Source: Myxococcota bacterium
Lineage (GTDB): Bacteria > Myxococcota_A > Polyangia > Nannocystales > Nannocystaceae
DNA: 47,252 bases
Assembly: GCA_039028615.1 (NCBI GenBank)
Contig: JBCCHT010000063.1
Coordinates: forward strand, 1-47,252
Direction: 5' to 3'
The position numbers and the translations under genes were made by a program. The notes under the pieces are model-generated. The model searched no databases. It saw only the letters and a program-made list of their open reading frames with translations, and was not told the DNA's origin. Below, in pieces: positions 37,382 through 47,113 of this stretch; positions within the stretch are counted from its first letter, which is position 1, and the number at the start of each line of letters is the position of its first letter.

Positions 37382-38764
37382 TCAGCACGGCTCGGCAGGC
37401 TCGAACAGCCCGCCGAACATGCCCCCGGTCGGGCTCCCGTTGCCCTCGAGCACGTTGCCGCAGATCGCCTCCTGCACTTCGTCCTCGACCTTCACCCCCG
37501 CCCCGGCATTGTTGCGGATGTCGTTGCCGATGACTTCATTGTCGACCCCGTAGGTCACCCCGCCCGCATCATCGCCGCCGAGCCGGATCCCCGCGCCTTC
37601 GCCCCCCTCGACGAGGTTGCTACGCACGATGTTGGCGTTGCCGCGGATGCTGATCCCACCCGAGTCCACGTCACGCAGCCCCGTGCACGTATTGCCCTCG
37701 ATGAGGTTGAGCATCGCGCCCTCTTGCACATCGACGCACTCGTTGCCCCGCGTGTCGATGGTGTTGTCGTGGATCCAGTTGTCTCGGCTCTCGTCCGGGC
37801 CCGCCTCGCCCCACTGGTCGTCGCTGGTCCCGATGTAGATCCCCTCGCCGTTCTTGCCCGTACCTCCGAATTCGTTGTCGCGAACACCACACTCGACGAT
37901 GGTGCATCCCGCCACTTCGGTGTCACGGGTGTGATCGACCAGGCGCACACACTCGTCGGCGGCCCGACGAAGGGTCAGTTCGAGCAGTCGCACCGAGGAA
38001 ACCGGTTCGATGGTCTTCGTCCCCTCGACCGTGCCTCGTACCACCACCAACTGATCGGTGTAGTCGGAGAGCACCTTGGGATCACCGTGAAGTCCATCGA
38101 TCGAGATGCCGTGGATTACGAGATGGTCGTGCTCGATACGCAGAACGTCGTCGGCGACCGGCTCGTGCAGCACCGCGTCAGCCGAACCGTAAACGATGAT
38201 GGGCGCGTCGGCAGACCCATCGCGAACGGAGACCGCCCCAAGCCCGTAGTCGCCATCGGCCAGCTCGACACCATCGCCAGGCATCGCCGCCTCGAGCGCT
38301 CGCTGAAGCGTGGCAAAGGGGTCGTCTGCGGTCCCCTCCCCTTCGTCGCTGCCCTCGGGGGACACATGCCAAACATCACCCGAGATCGGCGGCAAGGGGA
38401 TGGGCGGGTCCTCGCCACCCGTGCTCTCCGTGGCCCCCTCGCTGGATTCACCTCCGCCTGTCGTCGAAGTGGACGCGTCGATTCCGGTGGATGAGCTGCC
38501 CATCGACACATCGGGGTCGACGCACTCGCGGGCGAACACCCCGGCATACGGACCAAAACGCAGCATCGACGCACAGTCGTCATCGGGATAGGCGCAGACC
38601 GAGAACTCGGAGACACACTGTCCGACGCGACCTTGCCAGACACATTGCGTGTCGGATTCGCATACGTAGGTCCGATCGGAGCAAGCGATCGACCCGGCCA
38701 CGGCGTAGGCCGAAAACCAGACGAAGGCGACTCGCGCCCACCGATGCAGCCCCCCTCCGACCAT
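37382..38764 (-). CDS. Right-handed parallel beta-helix (pectin lyase-like/DUF1565) lipoprotein
   Basis: WHVSPEGSD..GT..DPFATLQRAL..AMPGD.V.L.DG.Y, GKNGEGIYIG, N.I.DN.I repeats; N-terminal Cys-rich motif. Confidence 0.85.
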   Translation of the reverse strand: MVGGGLHRWARVAFVWFSAYAVAGSIACSDRTYVCESDTQCVWQGRVGQCVSEFSVCAYPDDDCASMLRFGPYAGVFARECVDPDVSMGSSSTGIDASTSTTGGGESSEGATESTGGEDPPIPLPPISGDVWHVSPEGSDEGEGTADDPFATLQRALEAAMPGDGVELADGDYGLGAVSVRDGSADAPIIVYGSADAVLHEPVADDVLRIEHDHLVIHGISIDGLHGDPKVLSDYTDQLVVVRGTVEGTKTIEPVSSVRLLELTLRRAADECVRLVDHTRDTEVAGCTIVECGVRDNEFGGTGKNGEGIYIGTSDDQWGEAGPDESRDNWIHDNTIDTRGNECVDVQEGAMLNLIEGNTCTGLRDVDSGGISIRGNANIVRSNLVEGGEGAGIRLGGDDAGGVTYGVDNEVIGNDIRNNAGAGVKVEDEVQEAICGNVLEGNGSPTGGMFGGLFEPAEPC

Positions 38765-38879
38765 CGTGACCCGAGGAGGATAGCAAGCACGCCGAGCGAG
38801 CACGTCGCGGCCTCGGCGCGACGGGAGACCGCCCCAAAGGCGGTGGAGGCCAGCCGCAGCGCTGCACTTCGTCGCGTGA

Positions 38880-39135
38880 TTTCGTATCGGGCGATGGCGT
38901 TCCGCTGCCCGCTACATCTGACGAACGAGCCTCGTGAAGACCCCGGTCACGGTCGACGATGAGGTTGCGCTTTCCCGTCGGGAAGCCGTCGACCTGGTCG
39001 AACCAACCGCGAACCACCGTGATGACCCCTGGCCGCACGGGGCGGCCACACCTGCATCTTCCATCGTTCGAGTTTCGGGATCGATCACGAAAAGGACGTA
39101 GCGACGAGACGACGCGCTGGGTGGCGGCGCAGCAC
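38880..39135 (-). pseudogene. Decayed integrase-core (rve/DDE) transposase remnant
   Basis: Across frameshifts it reads YVLFVIDPETRTMEDAG / VRGWFDQVDGFPTGKRNLIVDRD / VFTRLVRQM*, like the YVLFVI..TRRV..AG...DGFL..KR.LI.DRD..FT motif. Confidence 0.55.
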
Positions 39136-39416
39136 GTGACCATCGCGACGCTGGCCGGTGGCCTCTGGCTACCGGGGCTCGAGCATCGAGGTCCGTGAGT
39201 CGCTTCACGTCCGTTGTTCGTGCACCCGCGGGCGATCACAGGTATGGAGTCCTTCAAATCGCTCGGACGAACGCCGACGGCGCTGGTTCGCAACGCTTCG
39301 AGAGACGAAGCAGCGAAAAGCAGGCGCCGACGGCATGGCAGCCGGGTGAAACGAACAGACACGAAGAACGATGGCGGCGGCCCAACGGCGCCGCCATCGA
39401 CGAAGAAGTGAACGAG

Positions 39417-39740
39417 ATGACGAACAAACTCTTTGTAGGTGGCCTCAGCTGGGACACCAACGACACGAGCCTGCGCCAGGCATTCGAGGCTCACGGCGCG
39501 GTTTCCGACGCCAAGGTCCTGCTCGATCGTGAGACGGGTCGCTCGCGCGGCTTTGGTTTCGTGACCATGGCCGACGCCGACATGGCTTCGAACGCGATGC
39601 GCGAGATGGACGGCACGATGCTCGACGGCCGCAACATCCGGGTCAACGAGGCCAACGATCGCGGCCGTGGTGGCGGTGGCGGTGGCCGCGGTGGCGGTGG
39701 CGGTGGCGGTGGCGGTGGCCGCTTCGGTGGTCGCTACTAG
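39417..39740 (+). CDS. RRM (RNP-1) RNA-binding protein with Gly-rich tail
   Basis: KLFVGGLSW (RNP2), RGFGFVTM (RNP1), DGRNIRVNEA, poly-Gly/Arg tail. Confidence 0.95.
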   Translation: MTNKLFVGGLSWDTNDTSLRQAFEAHGAVSDAKVLLDRETGRSRGFGFVTMADADMASNAMREMDGTMLDGRNIRVNEANDRGRGGGGGGRGGGGGGGGGGRFGGRY

Positions 39741-39923
39741 CTCGCCGAAATACTCGCTCGCAAAATAGCGGGCCACGAATGGAAGCCATGTCGCATCGGG
39801 ACCTTCGGTCTCGGGCGATGTGGCTTCGTCGTCGACGCCAAGAAACCCACGAACCGCCCCCGGGGCGTTTCGCCGAGTGTTTGTGAGCGCGAGTCGGCGA
39901 TCCGGCGGCCAACTTCGGGCCGA

Positions 39924-41555
39924 TTGATGACGACGGTCGATCCGGTCCGCGCTCGAGAGCGTACCGTTCGACTCATGGTGCCCGTCGATCCCGTTCCGGG
40001 GGTGGCTCTGGTCAGCGAACCTGCGCCGCCTCCAATTCCGGTCGCTCCGCCCAAGCCCGCGCCCCGCAAGGTAACCGGACGTTGCAAGAAGCAGGCTGCA
40101 CCGCCGCCGCGGGAAGAATCGGAGCCAGGCGAGCCCGAGGAGGGCAACGGGGAGGAGTCGCGCAACGGGATTCGCCTCGCCCCGGCCGTGCTGGGACCGA
40201 TGCTGCTCCGCAACCCGCGGCCGCTCGATCCCAGCGCCGCGGGGGGCCGCTTCACCGCCAAGTCCCATGTGCTCGAGGCGAACCGCGACATGGTGGTCAC
40301 CAAGGACCTCACCGTCATCGCGACCGACGGAGACATCCGTATCAAGGGGCGCATCATCGTGGTGCCGAGAGGGGTGGTAGTCCCGCGGGTGACCCTATGT
40401 GCTCCCAAGGGACGCATCATCATCGAGAAGGCGGATCGGCTGACCCGACGTCGTCGACTTCGCCGCCGTCGTCGGCTCCGACGTCGCTTCGGCGTAATGA
40501 TCCGTCGACGACTGAGTAGCGAGACGGGAATCTACGGCGGCAAAGTGTTCGAGGCCTCGTCGGACGACGAGAGCCGCCCCAGCGTGCGACAGCTTCGCAA
40601 CGTTCGACGCATGCTGGCCGCGGCGGCCAAGCGGACGATCACTCGCGGCGCCGGAGGGACCAACGCGGCGCCGATCCTGCTTCAGGCCCAGGAGATCGAG
40701 ATCTTGGGGGTCGTCAAGGGCATGGACGGCGGCGACGGTGGCTTCGCCCGATGTGTCGGTCCGCTCGGTGAAAGTTACGCGACGGGTGGCCAGGCGGGTG
40801 CAGGCGGTGATGTGGTGCTGTGCGCCACCGATGCCATCGAGATTGGCGACAAAGCCACGGTGCGGGCGGGTGCATGTGGAGCGGGTGGCGACGCGAAGGC
40901 CCGTGGGGGCCCGGGCAAGACCAACGTCGCCGAAGGCGGTCCCGGACACGAAGCGGGTGACGTGCGCTTCGAGGGGCACGGCGCGGCGCGCAAGTGCAAC
41001 GTGCAGCTCGCCGGCACGGTGAGCGGTGGCGCTGGCGGCAAGGGAGGCAACGCCGGGGCAGAAGGAGCCGCGATCGTGTCGATCCCCGGGATACTCGGCG
41101 ATTCGGGAGGTTCGGCGCGATCGACCGGCGGAAAGGCGGGCCCCGGGGGCGACGTCGAGTTCGTCAACTGCACCGTCAACGTGGCGGCTGCGGCCAAGCT
41201 CGCGGGCGGAACCGGAGGCACGGGGGGCGAAGCGTCCGCGATCGGAGGCCACTCCCGCAGCAACATCGACGGAGGGAATGCAGCGGCACGTGGTGGCGAT
41301 GGTGCGCTCGCGGGCAAGGCGGCAGGCGGTGCCGCGGGAGCGGTGGGTCGCGGCGGCGATGCCAAGGCACGCCCCGGCAATGGCGGTCGCGCGCTGCCCT
41401 TCGCCCTCGTCGGTGACTCCGGCAGCGCGCAGGCGCAAGGCGGAAGCAATGGCGATGGCACGCCTGCAAAGTTCGTTCGGAATCCCGGAGACCCCGGCCA
41501 ACCCCGCAAACCGGGCCAGGGCGCCAAGGCGGCAGTGGAATCGAAGGGGGCCTGA
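39924..41555 (+). CDS. Gly/Ala-rich repeat protein with a poly-Arg insert; start uncertain
   Basis: Repeated GG.GG.GG.A..GG blocks interleaved with beta-type segments; RRRRLRRRRRLRRRF. Confidence 0.6.
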   Translation: MMTTVDPVRARERTVRLMVPVDPVPGVALVSEPAPPPIPVAPPKPAPRKVTGRCKKQAAPPPREESEPGEPEEGNGEESRNGIRLAPAVLGPMLLRNPRPLDPSAAGGRFTAKSHVLEANRDMVVTKDLTVIATDGDIRIKGRIIVVPRGVVVPRVTLCAPKGRIIIEKADRLTRRRRLRRRRRLRRRFGVMIRRRLSSETGIYGGKVFEASSDDESRPSVRQLRNVRRMLAAAAKRTITRGAGGTNAAPILLQAQEIEILGVVKGMDGGDGGFARCVGPLGESYATGGQAGAGGDVVLCATDAIEIGDKATVRAGACGAGGDAKARGGPGKTNVAEGGPGHEAGDVRFEGHGAARKCNVQLAGTVSGGAGGKGGNAGAEGAAIVSIPGILGDSGGSARSTGGKAGPGGDVEFVNCTVNVAAAAKLAGGTGGTGGEASAIGGHSRSNIDGGNAAARGGDGALAGKAAGGAAGAVGRGGDAKARPGNGGRALPFALVGDSGSAQAQGGSNGDGTPAKFVRNPGDPGQPRKPGQGAKAAVESKGA

Positions 41556-41563
41556 GGATCAGC

Positions 41564-43675
41564 TCAGTTCGCGCGTGGCGTCGCGCGCTCGATCTCCTTG
41601 TCTCGAAGTCGCTCGAAACGCGCGCGGGCTGCCTTGTGCTCGGCGCGGAGCTTCTCGAGCCGGGCATCGACGCTCGTGGGCGCCTCGTCGAACTCCTGGA
41701 TCGCCATGAGGGCCTCTACGTATTGCCCCATTCCCCCGCGAACGTAGTGCCCTCCCTCGATGAGCACCCCGGTCTCGGTCATGCGGGCGGCGGCGATCGT
41801 CATGCCCAACGCTCCCAGCCGCCGCCAGGTCATGCGAGCCCGCTCGGCGATCTGCTGCTGTCGTAGCCGAAACACCTGGTTGCCGAGGGCCTTGGCCCGC
41901 TCGCGTGCTTTCTGCACCTTGCGCCCCATCGGGACGTCGGATTTGGCCTCGGCCATCCCCGTGATGCCGATGAAGCCCGTCGACAAGCCGAAGAAGGTCA
42001 TGGCCATGAGCCCGTGACCGATTCCCGCTCGGAAGACGGTACTCCCTTGGGTGAGCCGGGCCCACGCTTCTTCGCTCGGCATCTTCGCGGATGCGCTCCC
42101 CGCCTTGCCCTCGGCGATGCGCCGCACCATCGCTAGGTCGCTCGCGAGTACGACCTGGTCATCGACCACCGCCAGCCACAGCCGGTCGGGGACGTTCATC
42201 TCGCGCGTGTAGCCCTCGATCTCCTTGGCCTTCGTCCAGCCCAGACCGAAGAGCATCGGCTCGAGCTGCTTCAGCAGCGCCCGGGCCTCGTCCGGGTCTT
42301 TCACCCCGACCGTCATCGCTCCCGTCACCCATTGTTCGACGTCGCGAGCCTCGTCGCCCGCGGTGGGCTCGGCATCGACGATCATCAGCGCCGCCCGCCC
42401 ATCGAGGAGCGGACGCACTCGGCGGTCGAAATCGAGGGTCGTGTCGCGCCGTATCTCCTCGTTGAGGTCGGCGTACGACGCCCCGTCCGCCAGCATGACT
42501 TGCGCCAGCAATCCGACCGCCACGTCGACGTCGACCCGCCCCGCAGCCGCGAACAGGGGCTCGAGGTCGGCCGACAACAGAGCCTGCGGTGGCGCCTCGT
42601 CGGAGACCAGTAGCTCGCGGGCCACCGAGTCGGGCGTCAGCGCGATGTGGATCGCCCCCAGGAGTCCGCGCTCATCGGCGTTCACCGACAGGCCGATGCC
42701 TTGGATCGACCCTACCGTGCGCGACAGCAGCACATTGACGAGCTGGCGCTCGCGATCCTGGGCCATGAGCTCCACCCGGGTCGCGTTGACTATTTCTTGC
42801 AGGTTGCGAATCTCGTCCGCCGAAGCCCCTCGACTGCGCGCATTCGCCAGCTCGGCCTCGGCTGCGTTCAGACGCTCCCCACCGATCCGGCGCGACCACT
42901 CGAGCTCAGTGAAGAGCATGCCCGCCGGGTCGAGCAATCCGTACAGGTCGGCATCATCGGCCAGGGCTGCATGTGCCTTCTTCATGGGCTCGGCATGGGC
43001 GAGCGAGCCCGAGGGGCTCACAGTGGCGACCTCGTGCGCGTAGTCGATCGGATGCACCCCATCGAAGTCACCATCGGACCAGAACACGAACCCGAACATG
43101 TTGCCGCGGACGACGATCGAGGCGCGCTCGAAGCCCTCCCGGATCACGATCACCCGAGCCTCGCCCACTTCCTGAACAGGTAGCGTCGACCCGGCGAGGC
43201 GATGCAGCGAACTCGAGAACAGCTCAGGGTCACTCAACCCCCCGAAGAACACCACTGCCGTATCGCGGGGGTCGAGCAGAGCGATGCCGACCGGCGCCGA
43301 CGGGTCGAGCCCCAGCTTGCTCACGTCCCCCGGGTCGAGCAGGTCGAGCGCGAACTCCCGGAGGAAGGGGTGAGCGACCTTCGCATAGATCTCGGGATAC
43401 TGTTCCGCCAAGCGCTCCCGCTCCCAGATCTCCGCGATGCGCTGGAGACTGCGGGCCATGATCATTCCCGATGCACGAGCGGGCACCATCTCGAGCGGAT
43501 GCGTAGGCTCGGCGGGCAGGTCGTCCTCCGCCGCGCTCGCATCGGCTTCTTCGCGGTCCGAAACGGCGACCTGCGGCTCGCGCTCGGGCTCCGGAAGCCC
43601 GCCTCGCGTTCCCGGCCGACACCCGACCGCAAGTACGAGTGCGAGAGGCCACCTCAGGATCCGTAGCGCAGGCAT
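41564..43675 (-). CDS. Large hypothetical lipoprotein (DUF3352-like)
   Basis: LVLAVGC lipobox; GLDP..P.GIAL, WLAVVDDQVVLASD patterns; coiled-coil inserts. Confidence 0.7.
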   Translation of the reverse strand: MPALRILRWPLALVLAVGCRPGTRGGLPEPEREPQVAVSDREEADASAAEDDLPAEPTHPLEMVPARASGMIMARSLQRIAEIWERERLAEQYPEIYAKVAHPFLREFALDLLDPGDVSKLGLDPSAPVGIALLDPRDTAVVFFGGLSDPELFSSSLHRLAGSTLPVQEVGEARVIVIREGFERASIVVRGNMFGFVFWSDGDFDGVHPIDYAHEVATVSPSGSLAHAEPMKKAHAALADDADLYGLLDPAGMLFTELEWSRRIGGERLNAAEAELANARSRGASADEIRNLQEIVNATRVELMAQDRERQLVNVLLSRTVGSIQGIGLSVNADERGLLGAIHIALTPDSVARELLVSDEAPPQALLSADLEPLFAAAGRVDVDVAVGLLAQVMLADGASYADLNEEIRRDTTLDFDRRVRPLLDGRAALMIVDAEPTAGDEARDVEQWVTGAMTVGVKDPDEARALLKQLEPMLFGLGWTKAKEIEGYTREMNVPDRLWLAVVDDQVVLASDLAMVRRIAEGKAGSASAKMPSEEAWARLTQGSTVFRAGIGHGLMAMTFFGLSTGFIGITGMAEAKSDVPMGRKVQKARERAKALGNQVFRLRQQQIAERARMTWRRLGALGMTIAAARMTETGVLIEGGHYVRGGMGQYVEALMAIQEFDEAPTSVDARLEKLRAEHKAARARFERLRDKEIERATPRAN

Positions 43676-43979
43676 GCGGACATCATATTCGTAGTCCGAC
43701 ATGCGAGGTCCAGCGAGCACCCGAAGATCGACAGCACCGCGGATGCTCCCCTTCTGCGCGTACTCGGGTGGACAATCGGCGCCGCGCGCCAAAACGAAAC
43801 CGAGCGCCGCCGCGGGTGAACGCACAGGGGTTGCGGGTCTGTTCGCAGTAGTATCCCGTCAGCTGAACACAGACGCCGGAAAACACTGAGAGAAGGGAGA
43901 CCTTCGAGGGTGGGTACTTTCGCGTTACGCCGAATTCCGCTCCAATGCCTCCTCCCCGCCCCCCGGCTGGACGACCCCG

Positions 43980-45356
43980 ATGAACCCACGCTCCTTGCTC
44001 CCCCTCCTCGTACCGTGTCTGGGCTGTCTCCCCAGTCCCCCCTCACTACCCGGGCAGACCTCGACCGAATCGGGGACCACGAACACCTCGACGGCGACGT
44101 CGGTCGAGCCCACCGACTCAGGTCCGGCCTCCGGCACCACCGAGGTAGGCGGCGAAGGAAGCGGGGGCAGCACGACCGAGGGTACGGGCGTCGACTCGAC
44201 CGATGGCGGCGATACCACGGGGCAACAGGATTTCTGCGGGCGCCCGGAGGCCATCTTCATCTTCGACGATCCAGAGCTCTTTCCGGTCGGCGATGATCCG
44301 GGGGTGCTCGCGGTGGGCCCCTTCATCGGCAACGACGACGATCCAGATATCGCGGTCGTCAACGGAGACAACCTCGGATCCCGGGTCGACATTCTGAGGG
44401 GGCAGGGCATCCTGTCTGGATTCATCTCGGAAGAGCCAATCCCGATGACCGAGGGGGCTCACGGGGCGGCGGTCGGTAACTTCGATGGTTCTCCGACCCA
44501 CGAGCTCGCGGTCCTCGGCCGACACGAATGGCGGATCTACGGGCCCGATCCAGACTCGAGCAACTCGCTCCTGCTGCGGGCCACGGGTTCACTCGGGCGA
44601 GATCGTGGCTTCTCGATGGCCGCGGTCGAGCTGCTGGGGGATGACGCGGACGAGCTGGTGATCGCCGGCGGTGTCACCGACGACGCCCTGGGTTGGGTCG
44701 ACGTCATCCAGCAGCCGATCTCGGGACCGATGGGCCTGCGGACCTTAATCGCTGCGGGCCAAGATAGCGCCAGGGTGGCGGTGGGAGACTTCAACGGAGA
44801 TACGAGCCTCGACCTCGTGTTACCGAATACCGATCCGGCAGGAATGCTCGAGAGCCACTTCATCGACGTCGTATTCAACGAGAGCACCCCGGGGGCGCCC
44901 AGTTTCCAACGACTGTCGATGCCATCCAACGGGGCCCCGTGGGGGGTCGCCGCGATGGATCTCGACGGGGACGGGTTCGACGACTTCGTGGTGGGCCATA
45001 CCGGGGGCGGGCTCTCGGACAAGGACCCTCTCCCGCCTCTTCAGCTGTTCTTCGGAGACGGTGAGGGAGGTTTCACCGAGACCACGCTCGCCCATACGAG
45101 CATTCAAACCGCGGTCGAGGTCGCCGACCTCGACTGTGACGGAGACCTCGACATCATCACGGGCGGGACGGGCGAGCTCGTCCTGTGGCGGGCCGATGGT
45201 CCCGGGAATTTTGATCCCACGAACACCGACTCGCTGGTGGTCGACAGTCATCTCATCTCGGATATCGCCGTCGCCGACTTCGACCTCAACGGGCGGCCGG
45301 ACATCGTGGCCAGCCTGATCGACGAGGGCGACGTGGTGTACTTCGAGGCGGACTGA
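43980..45356 (+). CDS. FG-GAP/VCBS repeat lipoprotein
   Basis: CLGC lipobox, Thr/Gly linker, repeated GDFNGD..LDL, DLDGDG.DD, ADLDCDGDLDI, ADFDLNGRPDI. Confidence 0.9.
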   Translation: MNPRSLLPLLVPCLGCLPSPPSLPGQTSTESGTTNTSTATSVEPTDSGPASGTTEVGGEGSGGSTTEGTGVDSTDGGDTTGQQDFCGRPEAIFIFDDPELFPVGDDPGVLAVGPFIGNDDDPDIAVVNGDNLGSRVDILRGQGILSGFISEEPIPMTEGAHGAAVGNFDGSPTHELAVLGRHEWRIYGPDPDSSNSLLLRATGSLGRDRGFSMAAVELLGDDADELVIAGGVTDDALGWVDVIQQPISGPMGLRTLIAAGQDSARVAVGDFNGDTSLDLVLPNTDPAGMLESHFIDVVFNESTPGAPSFQRLSMPSNGAPWGVAAMDLDGDGFDDFVVGHTGGGLSDKDPLPPLQLFFGDGEGGFTETTLAHTSIQTAVEVADLDCDGDLDIITGGTGELVLWRADGPGNFDPTNTDSLVVDSHLISDIAVADFDLNGRPDIVASLIDEGDVVYFEAD

Positions 45357-45488
45357 GTGTTCGGGTCGCTGCTCGTGCCGCGAGGGTCCGAATGCGTCGT
45401 CCATGGCCCGAGTCACGCGATGGCCGCCTTGAGCAATGAGGACCGGAATCCCGGGGGACCAGGTCCGCGAGGGCACACACGAGGACGC

Positions 45489-46496
45489 CTAGGCGCTCGA
45501 TTCCGCGGCGACGTGCTCGAGGACAAGATCGACGAACTGCCCGCGACACAGCACTTGGACGTCGATCCCCAGCTCCTCCGTGAGCGCCTCGCGCTTAGCC
45601 TCGTACTCCTCGGACACCTCGGTCGCGGTCGTGAGGACGATGCCGGCGTGAATGCCCCAGTACTCGCGGGCCTCCGCGATCTGCTCAAGGCTTCGTAGGC
45701 CGGTCTCGACTCCCTCGTGCTTCTTCACCTGCACGCCGATCTTCAAAGAGACGCCGAGCGGATCTGGCAACGTGACCAGCACGTCGATCCCGTGCTCGCC
45801 CGTACCGCCTTTGGGGTCTACGCGCGCGTTGGGGTGAGACGCCCGGTATCGGTTTCGCAGCACTCGGACGACGAGATCCTCGAGTTCTGCTGCCCCCCAG
45901 CCATGGTCGACCAGCTTGTAGGCCTCGGATCGCATGGAGCCGACGAAGGTGCTGAACCTTTCATCCGGCGACTGAGCGTCCGTAAGCGCTTGGCCTTTCT
46001 CCAACGCTGAGAGGACTAGCTCGATAGCTTCGCCGAAGGCGTCGACGCTCCACATCCGCGAGCGACATGTCATCGATCGCCGCATCGGGGCGGGCACTAG
46101 TTCGTGATTCGGGACGACCCACGCCAACTCGCCACCACCGGTGAGCCATGGTTCAACCTCGCGGATATGGCCGTAGTCGCCCTGGTTCGCGTCGATCTCA
46201 TATCGGTAGCCGCCCGTGATCCTCGCGAACGCCCATCGGCCGGGCTCGGGCACGTTCGGAAAGACCACGACGTCGCCGAGTTGGAGGCCATCCCCGGTGG
46301 CTTCGAGCAGTCGTCGGTTACCCCTCCACGCTGCATGCTGGTGCGCGACACGGTCGGCCCGCGGTGTTGAGTGAATCACGCGAAGGTCCTGGTTGGCCTC
46401 ATGGCCCCACCCCTGGCGAAGGCGACCAGCCTTCAGCTCGGCAGCGATGAAATCGCGGGCTCGAGAGTCGGTCCTCATCGCTACATAGCTCGGCAT
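45489..46496 (-). CDS. Mrr-like (Mrr_cat) restriction endonuclease with an N-terminal PUA/EVE-like domain
   Basis: C-terminal E.LV..VL...GEHGIDVL...IGVQVKK...GIVLTTA; N-terminal LRQGWG...GDVVVFP...ITGGY.Y...HIREV. Confidence 0.8.
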   Translation of the reverse strand: MPSYVAMRTDSRARDFIAAELKAGRLRQGWGHEANQDLRVIHSTPRADRVAHQHAAWRGNRRLLEATGDGLQLGDVVVFPNVPEPGRWAFARITGGYRYEIDANQGDYGHIREVEPWLTGGGELAWVVPNHELVPAPMRRSMTCRSRMWSVDAFGEAIELVLSALEKGQALTDAQSPDERFSTFVGSMRSEAYKLVDHGWGAAELEDLVVRVLRNRYRASHPNARVDPKGGTGEHGIDVLVTLPDPLGVSLKIGVQVKKHEGVETGLRSLEQIAEAREYWGIHAGIVLTTATEVSEEYEAKREALTEELGIDVQVLCRGQFVDLVLEHVAAESSA

Positions 46497-46579
46497 TGAC
46501 GTATGGTAGCGAGGTAATGACGAGTTTCCAGCAATAGCGAACGTGGTATCGGGCCGTTGTCATCGACTCTTCCAGCTCG

Positions 46580-46968
46580 GTCTAGTTGACCCTGTGCCAG
46601 CAGAGGATCGCGATCGGCTGCTATCCGTTTCGGCACAGGTTTTGGGAGCTTCCCGATCTGCAGCGCCCCCCTGCCATCAAAACGGCGGCTATTCCTACAA
46701 GTCAATCTATGGGTGGCTCTGGTCGGACGACCCCGTCCAAACGATCACGACAGGGTTTCGGTGCATGGGCTAAGGGCAGTTCGTCCACCTGACACAGCGA
46801 CGGACCATCACGCCACATGAGGCGGCTTGCCTTCAGTGCATTCCCGACTTCGTGGACTCCGGCAGGCTAGAGCAAACAGCCGAGGCCAAGCCGATCGGCA
46901 ACGCTTTGCCACCGAAGTTGCCCTACGGAAGTGCACTACCGCTGGTTGCGGCGGGCCACTGGTCATGA
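46580..46968 (+). pseudogene. DNA (cytosine-5)-methyltransferase C-terminal remnant
   Basis: WELPDLQRP / frameshift in the C-run near 46666-46671 / CHQNGGYSYKSIYGWLWSDDPVQTITTGFRCMG* (TAA 46771) GQFVHLTQRRTITPHEAACLQCIPDF...IGNALPP, i.e. target recognition domain plus motifs IX and X. Confidence 0.85.
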
Positions 46969-47113
46969 CGAGGATCACTTTCCGCCGGCCCGCAGTCCAC
47001 GAGCGACGCTAGGACTCGCGATCGTCTTCGCCGTGCGAAAGGGCGGCGAGAATGGCGTCGAGGGCCCGAATCGCCTCGGTTGGTTGTTCCGCCGTAGGGC
47101 GTCAAGGGCTGCC

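Noticed and set aside
39738..39923. The RRM stop codon TAG is in frame with the downstream Gly-rich ORF with no intervening stop (possible read-through fusion)
   Set aside because: The RRM protein ends in a canonical GGRY tail, frame coincidence is a 1-in-3 event, stop-free stretches are common at this GC content, and no recoding signal is evident.
46965..47113. Possible Vsr endonuclease remnant after the MTase pseudogene (ATGA overlap at 46965)
   Set aside because: Only vague similarity across frames; no diagnostic motif can be read.
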